Assembly: GCA_017652705.1 (NCBI GenBank)
Contig: JAGCAM010000079.1
Span: forward strand, 11,475-75,474
From: Kiritimatiellia bacterium
Lineage (GTDB): Bacteria; Verrucomicrobiota; Kiritimatiellia; RFP12; UBA1067
DNA: 64,000 bases
Direction: 5' to 3'
Within the stretch, counting starts at the first letter, position 1, and the number at the start of each line of letters is the position of its first letter. The translations under genes and the position numbers were made by a program. Positions 38,200-46,360 of the stretch are shown here, piece after piece. Under the pieces are notes generated by a model. That model did not search any database. It was not told where the DNA came from and worked only from the letters and a program-made list of their open reading frames with translations.

Positions 38200-39874
38200 G
38201 CTGTCCCTTGTAAAAGACGCGCTTCACCTTGCCGATCGAGGTGCGGACGAGCGGCTCCTTCGAAACCACGACCTTTCTCACGCGCTTGTAGTCGGCGAGT
38301 TCGGCGCATTTCTCCTGCGCGCGTTTGACCGCGGTCTTTTCTATCTCCTCCCAGGGCGGCAGAACGCCGCCGTTCCGGCGCTTGAACCACTCTTCGTCCG
38401 GGTAGATTACCGCGCCCACTTTTTCGCCCGGATCGCCGCCATGTGTGTATCCGACCACGACGACATCCTGCACGGCGGGTTCCTTGGCGATCATGATTTC
38501 GACTTCTTCAGGGTAGATGTTCTTGCCTTCTCGGTTGACGATAAGCGCCTTTTTGCGCCCGCGGATGGTGATGAAACCGTCTTCGTCCATGGAAGCGAGA
38601 TCTCCGGTGCGCAGCCAGCGGCCGCCCGCTCCGTCGTCGTCGAAAGCTTCGGCGGAGGCTTCGGGATTGTGGAAGTAGCCCTTCATCACGATCGGGCCTT
38701 TGATCTGCAGTTCGCCCACGCCCTGATCGTTCTTGTCGGCGAGCCGCACTTCTATGCCCTTCACCGGCAGACCGATGGTGCCTACCTTGGGCAGCTCGGG
38801 CGGGCAGACCGAGACCACCGGCGAACATTCAGTAAGGCCGTACCCTTCGAGGAACCGCACGTGGATGCGGTTGAAACATTCAATGACATGCCGCGGACAC
38901 GGTGCGCCGCCGGTGATTATGAACCTCAGCCTGCCGCCGAGCTTAAGTTTCACCATGTGCATCACCGGCCCGCGCAGACCGATGCGCATCAGGAATCTGG
39001 CGAGTTTCGATTTGGCGAGGCCGTCCTCGATTTTGTCGTGCAGCTTCTCGGCGAGCAGCGGCACGGCGAGCAGAACGGTCGGTTTCAAGTCGTGGATGTC
39101 GCGGCCGACGGTGCGCAGCGACTGGTTGAAGTACATTTTCGCGCCGCAGTAAACCGGCACGACGAAATTGGTGGTGAACGAAAAGGCGTGGAAAAGCGGC
39201 AGCACCACGAAAAAAGAGTCGCCGCTGGAAAGCGGGGCCCCGAACCGGGCGACGGAGCCGACGACGTCCTGAACGAAATTGTCATTGGTCAGCATCGCCC
39301 CTTTTGGCCTGCCGGTGGTTCCGGATGTGTAAATGATCGAGGCCACGTCGGCGGGAGCCGACACGTTGGCGTCGTACCAGGCGCCGCCCCCGGCGACCTT
39401 CAGCCTGGCGTATTCGACGACGTCGACGCGGCCGAGTATGCGCTGGCCTTCGCGCACCAGCCCGTCGACGATGACAACGCCGCGTAGATCGGGCAGATTG
39501 CCGGCGATCGTCATGATCATGCGCAGATGGGCGGTGTCGGTGGTGACCACCCTCACGCGGGCGTCGCGCAGAATGTAGGCGACTTCGTCGTTGTGGAGCT
39601 TGGGGTCGATCGGCACCACGGCCACCCCCGCGCCGCTCTGCGCGAGATACGACTCAAGCCAGATCGGACCGTTCGGCAGAATGATCGCGGCGTTGTCTTC
39701 GCGCGGGACGAGCGAGAAGCGGGTTCCGTAGCCCTCGGCAACCTCGCGCACACCCCGCAGCATGTCGCCGTAGCCGATGGTTTTCCACACGCCGCCTTCG
39801 CAGTGTTTGACCGCCACGTTTTCCGGCGACGCCGCAGCCCATTTCTCAAGCAAACTTCTGATTGTCATAGTCAT
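38189..39874 (-). CDS. AMP-dependent acyl-CoA ligase (long-chain-fatty-acid--CoA ligase-like)
   Basis: AMP-binding motif IYTSGTTGRPKGAML and a C-terminal GRKKALIVNREGKNIYPEEVE. Start chosen at the ATG of MTMTIRSLLEKW. An alternative TTG start at 39925 would overlap the upstream stop. Confidence 0.8.
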   Translation of the reverse strand: MTMTIRSLLEKWAAASPENVAVKHCEGGVWKTIGYGDMLRGVREVAEGYGTRFSLVPREDNAAIILPNGPIWLESYLAQSGAGVAVVPIDPKLHNDEVAYILRDARVRVVTTDTAHLRMIMTIAGNLPDLRGVVIVDGLVREGQRILGRVDVVEYARLKVAGGGAWYDANVSAPADVASIIYTSGTTGRPKGAMLTNDNFVQDVVGSVARFGAPLSSGDSFFVVLPLFHAFSFTTNFVVPVYCGAKMYFNQSLRTVGRDIHDLKPTVLLAVPLLAEKLHDKIEDGLAKSKLARFLMRIGLRGPVMHMVKLKLGGRLRFIITGGAPCPRHVIECFNRIHVRFLEGYGLTECSPVVSVCPPELPKVGTIGLPVKGIEVRLADKNDQGVGELQIKGPIVMKGYFHNPEASAEAFDDDGAGGRWLRTGDLASMDEDGFITIRGRKKALIVNREGKNIYPEEVEIMIAKEPAVQDVVVVGYTHGGDPGEKVGAVIYPDEEWFKRRNGGVLPPWEEIEKTAVKRAQEKCAELADYKRVRKVVVSKEPLVRTSIGKVKRVFYKGQLDE

Positions 39875-39921
39875 AACTGATGAGATTATTCTACCATTTT
39901 TAAGCTTGGTTGTCCAACCGT

Positions 39922-40455
39922 TCAACGGGCCGGATTCTCGAATTCCCTGACGACGTCAAGCAGCTGCTCGGCGAGATCGGGGTCTGCCTCGAAGAGGTTG
40001 ACGTTTTCGGAATAAGTGTAACTGGAAAGGTTCGCCTTGGCGGCGATGAACCGGTCGGTGACCTCTTTGCCGGCCGACTTGCCGGTTTTTTCACGGTCGA
40101 GCAGGCCGAAATTCACGAGATTCTGGAAAATATCGTTGGCGGCTTCGGGGGTGATCTGCAGACGATGGGATTTAATGTCGCTCCAGACGTCGCTATTATA
40201 GCGCTTCGCGAAATCGTTCGAGACGAGCTCGCTGGAGCCCTTTTTAACCTCCACGAGTCCGTTGCCGTAAATCATGACGGAGACTCTGCGCGCGGGTTCG
40301 CGGCGGAGATTGTAGTAATGTACGGCCACCCAGTTGAGGGAGCTTTGAGACACCGTTATGTAGGGGTCGACCCAGAACGGGCCGCAACCCTGCGGCAGAA
40401 CGGCGGCCGAGACGGCCAAGGCCAGCAATACGGCGGTCAGCGGCGGTTGGCGCAT
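39922..40455 (-). CDS. hypothetical lipoprotein
   Basis: Start chosen at MRQPPLTAVLLALAVSAAVLPQGCG (lipobox). No recognisable domain. Overlaps the 3' end of coaX. Confidence 0.5.
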   Translation of the reverse strand: MRQPPLTAVLLALAVSAAVLPQGCGPFWVDPYITVSQSSLNWVAVHYYNLRREPARRVSVMIYGNGLVEVKKGSSELVSNDFAKRYNSDVWSDIKSHRLQITPEAANDIFQNLVNFGLLDREKTGKSAGKEVTDRFIAAKANLSSYTYSENVNLFEADPDLAEQLLDVVREFENPAR

Positions 40456-41189
40456 ATCAGGCCGGCTCCGTGGAGAGTGAGGGTGGGATCGATCGTGAAC
40501 GGCAGATCGAGGTCTTTCAGCACCCAGCCGGCGAAACCTCCGGTGGCGACGAGCTTGAAGTCGCATCTGAAATTGCGGCGGAGCTGGGCCGCGATTTCAC
40601 GCACCATGCCGCGGTAGCCGACAAGGGCGCCGAAACGCATCGCGCCGGCGGTGGAACGGCCGATTTTCGGCGCCCGGCCGGCGCCGATTTTCATGCGCGG
40701 CAGTTTCGCCGCGCGTTCGAAAAGATAGTCGCGCATCAGAGGAAAGCCCGGCGCGATCACCCCGCCGCGCCAAACCCGGTCGCCGGTGACTACCGCCGCG
40801 GTAAGGGCGGTGCCGAAGTCCATCACCAGCACCGGGGCGCCGTAGCGCGAAACTGCGCCGGCGGCGTCGGCGAGACGGTCGGCGCCGATCGTAGCGGGGT
40901 TCGGGTAGTCGAGAACTATCGAAGCGCCGCCGACGCGCCTTGTGAAATCCCGGTGCGACACCGGTTTGAAGTCGAAACCTGCCCGGGCCGAAAACTCGGC
41001 CCAGGCGCGGTCCGCCGCGGGCACGACCGAGACGTAGGCGAAGCGCTCGGCTTTCGGCGCGAGGCGCGACGCGGCGGCGATCGCCGCGTCACCAGCTCCG
41101 TCGAAGTGCTTCACGCAGCTCACACGGCCGTCGGACCACAGTCCAACGGCCGTCGAGGTGTTGCCCACGTCTGCGACGAGAACCCTCAC
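40437..41189 (-). CDS. coaX: type III pantothenate kinase
   Basis: GTG start giving (M)RVLVADVGNTSTAVG. Bvg-accessory-factor/CoaX fold motifs (MDFGTALT, VATGGFAG). The GTG overlaps the upstream TGA (GTGA). Confidence 0.8.
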   Translation of the reverse strand: MRVLVADVGNTSTAVGLWSDGRVSCVKHFDGAGDAAIAAASRLAPKAERFAYVSVVPAADRAWAEFSARAGFDFKPVSHRDFTRRVGGASIVLDYPNPATIGADRLADAAGAVSRYGAPVLVMDFGTALTAAVVTGDRVWRGGVIAPGFPLMRDYLFERAAKLPRMKIGAGRAPKIGRSTAGAMRFGALVGYRGMVREIAAQLRRNFRCDFKLVATGGFAGWVLKDLDLPFTIDPTLTLHGAGLICANRR

Positions 41190-42688
41190 AGCGCCTTGAT
41201 GAAGATGTTGCGCCACTCGGTCGGATCGCCGTGGCACTGCAGCTCGATCTGCTCGCTCGCCGGCACCGGTTTGTCCCGCTGCCACAGGTTTTCAAGCACG
41301 GTGTTGTCGACGACGAGTTCGCCGTTCAGCCAAACCGACACCTTGTCACCGCGCATGATCACGTGGAAACGATTCCAGTCGCCCACCTGCCGGTCGGCGA
41401 TTTTAAGTGCCTTCGAGAGATTGCCGGTCTTGGCCGTGTTGTTGTTGTAAAGGCCGCCGGAACCGATGTGCCACTGGTTGTGGGCGTCCCAGATCTGCAC
41501 CTGGGGCACACCGCGGAGGTAAAGCCCCGAGTCGCCGGTGATGGACATGATGCGCCAGTCGCACCACATTTCGAAATCGCCGTAATTGCGCTTGGTGGCG
41601 AGGGAATATCCGCCGCGGTAGCCGTCGAAGAAGAGGTTGCCGTTCCTGACATGCCAGTGCTCGTCGCGGCCCTTGTCGGCGATTTTCTGCATTTCGGCGT
41701 TCTTTTCGGCGGTGGCGGCCGCGCGCGTCGCGGGCTTGTCGAAACCGCCTTCGGTCGTGACGCCCTTCCACATCTTAGCGATCTGGCCGGGGCAGCCGTC
41801 GAAGTAGGTCTCGAAACCGGCGGGCGCGGCCATCTTCTGACGCGGACAGACTTCGCCCATCTTCGCGTCGTCGGGAAGCGGCTTGATGCGGATGTTCTTC
41901 CATTTCACGTTGCTGCCGTGGCCGAGCCAGCCGATGCGGCCGCGCCGGTTGTGGAGACCGGGGTGTTTGCAGTGGTCGGGAGTGTCGCCGTCGCCCTTGA
42001 ATTTCGAGAGGTCGGCCTTGGTGATCAGATAGCCGTTGAGATAAACCTCGATCTCGCTGCCGATGACCTTGACTTCCTCGAAATTCCACATGCCGGGTTT
42101 GCGCACGTAGCTGCCGCCGCCGGTGAAGTTTTTCTCCTTGCCCCAGATCTGCTTGTCGACGTTGTCGCGCAAAGACGGCACTACGCCGTAGACCGAACCG
42201 GTGTACTGGTAGGGCTTAAGCTTGTCGACCTTGTTCGAAGCGTCGTAGTAACTCGAACCGCCGTCGTCGAGCAGCTGCAGCTCGCACATCGCGTGGTACG
42301 CCGCGTCCTTGTCGGGGTCGGAGATGCGTATGCCGAGACCGTTGTTGCCGTTCGGCGGCATGGCGAACTCGAAGCGGAGTATGAAATTGCCGAACTCCTT
42401 CGCGGTGACGAGATCGCCGCGCTGACCCGGGGGCAGTTTGCGGTCGGGGAAGCACTGCAGCACCCCCGGTTCCTTCGGATCTACCCCGTACATGGCGGTG
42501 GCGCCCTGCCACCCCTCGAGGTCGTAGCCGTTGAAGAGCGACACGAAACCTTCGTTCACCGAATCGGGATAGACCCGTCCGCACTCGCAGGAAGGCGCAC
42601 ACGCGCCCTTCTCCGCGCTGTTCAAACCGCAGCAACCCGCGGTCGCCAGAACCGCGGCGCCCGCCGCGGCGATAGTTTTGATTTTCAT
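41186..42688 (-). CDS. lipoprotein with two tandem DUF1080 (3-keto-disaccharide hydrolase-like) domains
   Basis: Start chosen at MKIKTIAAAGAAVLATAGCCG (ATG overlaps the nadC stop as ATGA; GGAGG RBS). Domain 1: FNGYDLEGWQG...NGLGIRISD...WNFEEVKVIGSEIEVYLNG. Domain 2: HWHVRNGNLFFDGY...DSGLYLRG...WNRFHVIMRGDKVSVWLNG. Confidence 0.75.
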   Translation of the reverse strand: MKIKTIAAAGAAVLATAGCCGLNSAEKGACAPSCECGRVYPDSVNEGFVSLFNGYDLEGWQGATAMYGVDPKEPGVLQCFPDRKLPPGQRGDLVTAKEFGNFILRFEFAMPPNGNNGLGIRISDPDKDAAYHAMCELQLLDDGGSSYYDASNKVDKLKPYQYTGSVYGVVPSLRDNVDKQIWGKEKNFTGGGSYVRKPGMWNFEEVKVIGSEIEVYLNGYLITKADLSKFKGDGDTPDHCKHPGLHNRRGRIGWLGHGSNVKWKNIRIKPLPDDAKMGEVCPRQKMAAPAGFETYFDGCPGQIAKMWKGVTTEGGFDKPATRAAATAEKNAEMQKIADKGRDEHWHVRNGNLFFDGYRGGYSLATKRNYGDFEMWCDWRIMSITGDSGLYLRGVPQVQIWDAHNQWHIGSGGLYNNNTAKTGNLSKALKIADRQVGDWNRFHVIMRGDKVSVWLNGELVVDNTVLENLWQRDKPVPASEQIELQCHGDPTEWRNIFIKAL

Positions 42689-43590
42689 TTTGTCCTCCAT
42701 TCCAATGTTAAATCTATGGAACCCGCCGAGTGGGTGAGGCAGCCGAGGGATATGGCCGTCACGCCGGTCGCGGCGACTTTGCGGGCGGTCGCCAGGGTGA
42801 TGCCGCCGGACGCCTCGGTCTTAACTCTGCCGCGGCACATGGCGACGCAGCGCTTCATGTCCGCGCACGACATGTTGTCGAGCATGATCCATTCCGGCAG
42901 CGCCTTGAGGGCGCTCGCGCACTCGCGCGGCGTTTCAACCTCCACCTCCACCGCGAGCCGCGGAAACTTCTTTCTGGCGGCGGCGACGGCGAGGTCAAGC
43001 GCGTCGGGATCGCCGCCGCGCCAGAGCCGGCGGTGGTTGTCTTTGATCAGCACCCGGTCGAACATGCCGAACCGGTGGTTCGAACCTCCGCCGCACAGAA
43101 CGGCGTATTTGTCGAACATCCTGAGCCCGGGGGTGGTCTTGCGGGTGTCGAGTATGACCGTGCCGTAGTGCGCCGTGGCGTCGACGAACTTCTTCGTGAG
43201 CGTGGCCGTCGCGCACATCCGCTGCATGAAATTGAGCGCGGTCCGCTCCGCCGCGAGAATCGATCTCGCTCTGCCGCGGAAGACGAGAATCGGCTCGCCG
43301 CCGCGCACCGTTGAGCCGTCCTTTTTGAGTATCCGCACTTTCACGGCATGATCCACCGCCTTGAAAACCGCAGCGGCCACGGTCGCGCCGGCGACGACGC
43401 AGCCGGCCCCTCGCGCGTATATCTCGCCGTCGGCGAAGACGTTCTCCGGCACCAGCGCCTCCGAAGTCGCGTCAATGCGCCGCCGGGACGCCGAACCGCG
43501 GCCTCCGGGCACGAGGTCTTCGTCCAGCGCGCGCAGGACGGCCTCTTTGGCCGGCGCGGAGCGCATAACGTCCTTCATCTTCGCGGCCAT
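42685..43590 (-). CDS. nadC: nicotinate-nucleotide pyrophosphorylase (quinolinate phosphoribosyltransferase)
   Basis: 301 aa. ...ERTALNFMQRMCATAT...ILDTRKTTPGLR...VLIKDNH motifs. Confidence 0.85.
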   Translation of the reverse strand: MAAKMKDVMRSAPAKEAVLRALDEDLVPGGRGSASRRRIDATSEALVPENVFADGEIYARGAGCVVAGATVAAAVFKAVDHAVKVRILKKDGSTVRGGEPILVFRGRARSILAAERTALNFMQRMCATATLTKKFVDATAHYGTVILDTRKTTPGLRMFDKYAVLCGGGSNHRFGMFDRVLIKDNHRRLWRGGDPDALDLAVAAARKKFPRLAVEVEVETPRECASALKALPEWIMLDNMSCADMKRCVAMCRGRVKTEASGGITLATARKVAATGVTAISLGCLTHSAGSIDLTLEWRTK

Positions 43591-43591
43591 C

Positions 43592-43807
43592 TCAGGCGGG
43601 CATCAGAAATTCCCAATGCTGCCAGAGAATGTAAGTCAGAATGCCGGCTGCGGCGAGGGCGATCAGCCCCGCGACGCCGGCGCAGGCCGCCGCCTTGCCG
43701 CCCCCTGACTTGCGCACGGTCGCGGGGTCGACGGGGTCGAGCCGCAGACGGTCCGCGATTGACACCCCGCCGGGCGCCTTGACCTTCATCGTCTTTTTTA
43801 TTTTCAT
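43592..43807 (-). CDS. small (71-aa) single-pass membrane protein, first gene of the nadC-containing operon
   Basis: MKIKKTMKVKAPGG...AAACAGVAGLIALAAAGILTYILW. Its stop is 1 nt from the nadC start. A perfectly spaced leaderless promoter lies immediately upstream. Confidence 0.45.
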   Translation of the reverse strand: MKIKKTMKVKAPGGVSIADRLRLDPVDPATVRKSGGGKAAACAGVAGLIALAAAGILTYILWQHWEFLMPA

Positions 43808-43813
43808 GTCTTC

Positions 43814-43822
43814 ATTATACCA
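43814..43822 (-). promoter_or_regulatory. extended -10 element TGgTATAAT, 6 nt upstream of the small-ORF ATG, with -35 TTGATT (18-nt spacer)
   Basis: Minus-strand gggTTGATTtccggcggcgattagTGgTATAATgaagacATG. Confidence 0.5.
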
Positions 43823-43827
43823 CTAAT

Positions 43828-43853
43828 CGCCGCCGGAAATCAACCCGGCGGCG
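43828..43853. repeat. 9-bp perfect inverted repeat (cgccgccgg-N8-ccggcggcg) overlapping the -35 element
   Basis: Read from sequence. Lies 23 nt downstream of the TIM-barrel gene stop and over the -35 of the nadC-operon promoter. Candidate terminator hairpin or operator. Confidence 0.7.
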
Positions 43854-43875
43854 ATCGTGGTTTGCGGAATCACGC

Positions 43876-44868
43876 TCAGCGGAACCCCTTGTTCCGCAGG
43901 AATTGGTAGCTCGGCAGCACCGCCGAGAGGTCTTCGAAGTGGCGTTCGCACTCGACCACGTACCACTTGACCCCGTCGGCTTCTGTCGCCACGATGAGCC
44001 CGTCCCAGTCGACCGGGACTGCCCCGGGCCTGCCGGGCTGGCCGAGAATGGCGTCGAACTCTTTGACGTCCTTGCCCATGCCGTTCTCCTTAGCGTGGAT
44101 CGTGGGCGAGCGGTGCGGGTATTTGCGGAACTGCTCCTTGGGGTCGACGCCCGCGCAGGTGGACCAGCCGACATCCTGCTCCATGCAGACGTTCTGGCTG
44201 GTGTTGGAGAAGAAATAATCCCAGAACGAAGTGCCGTCGGTCATCTTGATGCCGTGTTCCCACGTGTGGTTGTGCAGGCCGATGCGGCAGCCGTACTTCG
44301 CCGCGACTTCGGCGCCCTTGTTGTAGAGTTCGACGAGACGCTTGGTGAATTCGTCGATCTCCTTCGTCGGCTGGCAGGTTTCGCCGCCCTGGCCGGTGGA
44401 CCATTTCGCGCCCGGGGGAATGTTGCCGCCGCCGGGGCAGATGATGAGGTTGTTGCCGTAGGCGAGGTTGAAATCGCACGTCGCCTTCATCACGTCGGGG
44501 TTGAACGACCATTCTGCGGTGTTGAAACCGAATTCGCCGTTGCCGACGTGGGTTCCGCAGGCGACGAGCCCGCTGTCGGCGAGCATCTTGCGCAGCGCGA
44601 TCGCGTCGTTGCCGTAGTAGCCGGCGAATTCCACGCCGGTGTAGCCGATCGCCGCGACGTCGTCGAGCGCCTTGGCGAGACCGGCGGCGGGAACAGTTTC
44701 CTTGCCGTCCTTGTCTTTTCTGCCGCCGATGTAGGCGTGGATGGAGTAGAGCTGCAGCGCGAGCCGCGCCTGAAGGGATCTGCCGCTAGAGCAGATGCAG
44801 CCCGGCAGCGCGACCGCGGCTCCGCCGGCGCCGATCGCCGACAGAAACTGTCTTCTTGATACGTTCAT
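43876..44868 (-). CDS. TAT-exported sugar phosphate isomerase/epimerase-like (xylose isomerase-like TIM barrel) protein
   Basis: 330 aa. Twin-arginine signal MNVSRRQFLSAIGAGGAAVALPG. TIM-barrel AP-endonuclease-2/xylose-isomerase-like fold motifs. Confidence 0.75.
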   Translation of the reverse strand: MNVSRRQFLSAIGAGGAAVALPGCICSSGRSLQARLALQLYSIHAYIGGRKDKDGKETVPAAGLAKALDDVAAIGYTGVEFAGYYGNDAIALRKMLADSGLVACGTHVGNGEFGFNTAEWSFNPDVMKATCDFNLAYGNNLIICPGGGNIPPGAKWSTGQGGETCQPTKEIDEFTKRLVELYNKGAEVAAKYGCRIGLHNHTWEHGIKMTDGTSFWDYFFSNTSQNVCMEQDVGWSTCAGVDPKEQFRKYPHRSPTIHAKENGMGKDVKEFDAILGQPGRPGAVPVDWDGLIVATEADGVKWYVVECERHFEDLSAVLPSYQFLRNKGFR

Positions 44869-44917
44869 CTTTATTTTCCTTTCTTTTATTTTGGGTGAAT
44901 CTGGTCAAATCCTGTTG

Positions 44918-46315
44918 TCACCAGCCGGAGAGACGCGGCAGATTGAGCCGCCCGTTGGCCGGGGTCGATCCGTCGAACCTGCCGGCGGAGGCGTTCCAGA
45001 CAAGCTTTTTGCCCGAGTCGAAGAGCGCCGCGACGCCGAGCAGCGAACACTGCGTCATCGCGCCGGCGTACACGAAATCGCTGCCGACTTTCGGCCCGCC
45101 CGCGACAGCCCTCACGAACTCGATGTACGGCTTGTCGTCGGGTGCGTCGCCCGGTATGCGCTCGTACTTGCGCGGGGGCAGCGCGTTGTCGGCGCGCATC
45201 TTTTCAAGAGTGCGGTCCGGCAGCAGCCGCAGGAAGTTCGCCCCGTGGTGGCCGTACTCGATCACCCCCTTCGTGCCGTAGACGAACGCGCCGTTGCACA
45301 TCCAGTTGCGGCCGGCGCGGGCCTCCTTGCTGTTGTACGGCGGAAAGTACTTCATGTCGTCAAGATACTGCGAAGGCTTCGGCACGTCTTTGCACGCGAC
45401 GCCGTCGTACCATACGAGCTTGAACGGTTTGCCGTCCGGCTTCGTGTAGCAAAACGTCGTCTTCACCCCTTTGGGGAACGTGTCACCGTGAACTTCGGGC
45501 CGCCAAGAACCAACCACGTCGGCCTGCACGCTCAAAGGCAGACCGAAGCCGAACGTCCAGAAAATCGGATCCATCAGATGGCAGCTCCAGTCGCCCAGCG
45601 TGTTGCAGCCGTACATCGTCCAGCACCGCCACGTTCCCGGACAGTACTTCGGGTAGTACGGCCGGTGCGGAACCGGCCCCTGCCACTGGTTCCAGTCGAG
45701 CGTGGATGGAACCTCCCACTTCTTTTTGAGCTCGGCGAGGTCGTCCATGTACGAATACACGGCCGGGCACCAGATGTGCGCCTCGGTGACTTCCCCGATG
45801 AGCCCGGCTTCAATCCATTCGCGGAAGTCGCGGATGGTGTCGAAGGCGTGGCCCTGGTTCATCGCCTGGGTGACGAGTTTCGGATTCTCCTTCGCCGCCT
45901 TGAGCATCGACTCCATTTCACTGAAGCTCTGGCAAAGCGGCTTTTCGCACTGCACGTGCTTGCCCCGCTTCAGGCATTCGACCGCCATGGTGGCGTGCCA
46001 GTGGTCGGGCGTGCCGATCAGCACCGCGTCGATGTCGCGGTCCATTTTGTCGAGCATGGTGCGGTAGTGGGAAAAGAACGGCACGGCGGAGTGGGCCTTG
46101 CGCATCGCCTCGCTGCGCTTGAGGTCGACGTCGCAGAGCGCCACGAACTTCGCGCCGGCTTTTTCCAGCCCGCGCATGTCGTCGGCAGGTCGGCCCCCGC
46201 AGCCGATCGCCGCCATCTGCACCGTCTCATTGGCGCGGTAGGCAGTCGCACAGCCAGAAAATATCATCGGGAACCCGAACGCCGAAGCGCCCCGTATGAA
46301 TTCACGTCTGTTCAT
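44918..46315 (-). CDS. TAT-exported Gfo/Idh/MocA oxidoreductase (glycoside 3-dehydrogenase-like / GH109-like)
   Basis: 465 aa. MNRREFIRGASAFGFP twin-arginine signal. Rossmann AAIGCGGR and EKP (VQCEKPLC). Confidence 0.75.
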   Translation of the reverse strand: MNRREFIRGASAFGFPMIFSGCATAYRANETVQMAAIGCGGRPADDMRGLEKAGAKFVALCDVDLKRSEAMRKAHSAVPFFSHYRTMLDKMDRDIDAVLIGTPDHWHATMAVECLKRGKHVQCEKPLCQSFSEMESMLKAAKENPKLVTQAMNQGHAFDTIRDFREWIEAGLIGEVTEAHIWCPAVYSYMDDLAELKKKWEVPSTLDWNQWQGPVPHRPYYPKYCPGTWRCWTMYGCNTLGDWSCHLMDPIFWTFGFGLPLSVQADVVGSWRPEVHGDTFPKGVKTTFCYTKPDGKPFKLVWYDGVACKDVPKPSQYLDDMKYFPPYNSKEARAGRNWMCNGAFVYGTKGVIEYGHHGANFLRLLPDRTLEKMRADNALPPRKYERIPGDAPDDKPYIEFVRAVAGGPKVGSDFVYAGAMTQCSLLGVAALFDSGKKLVWNASAGRFDGSTPANGRLNLPRLSGW

Positions 46316-46360
46316 GTTGTTTTATCTCCTTTACCGGTTATGAAATCGACGACATCGGCG

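Noticed and set aside
39875-39925. Alternative TTG start for the acyl-CoA ligase overlapping the upstream stop (cgTTGA), which would add 17 aa (MNGWTTKLKNGRIISSV).
   Set aside because: The extension is not family-like. The ATG at MTMTIR is preceded by a TGgTAGAAT element and matches typical AMP-ligase N-termini. The alternative remains possible.
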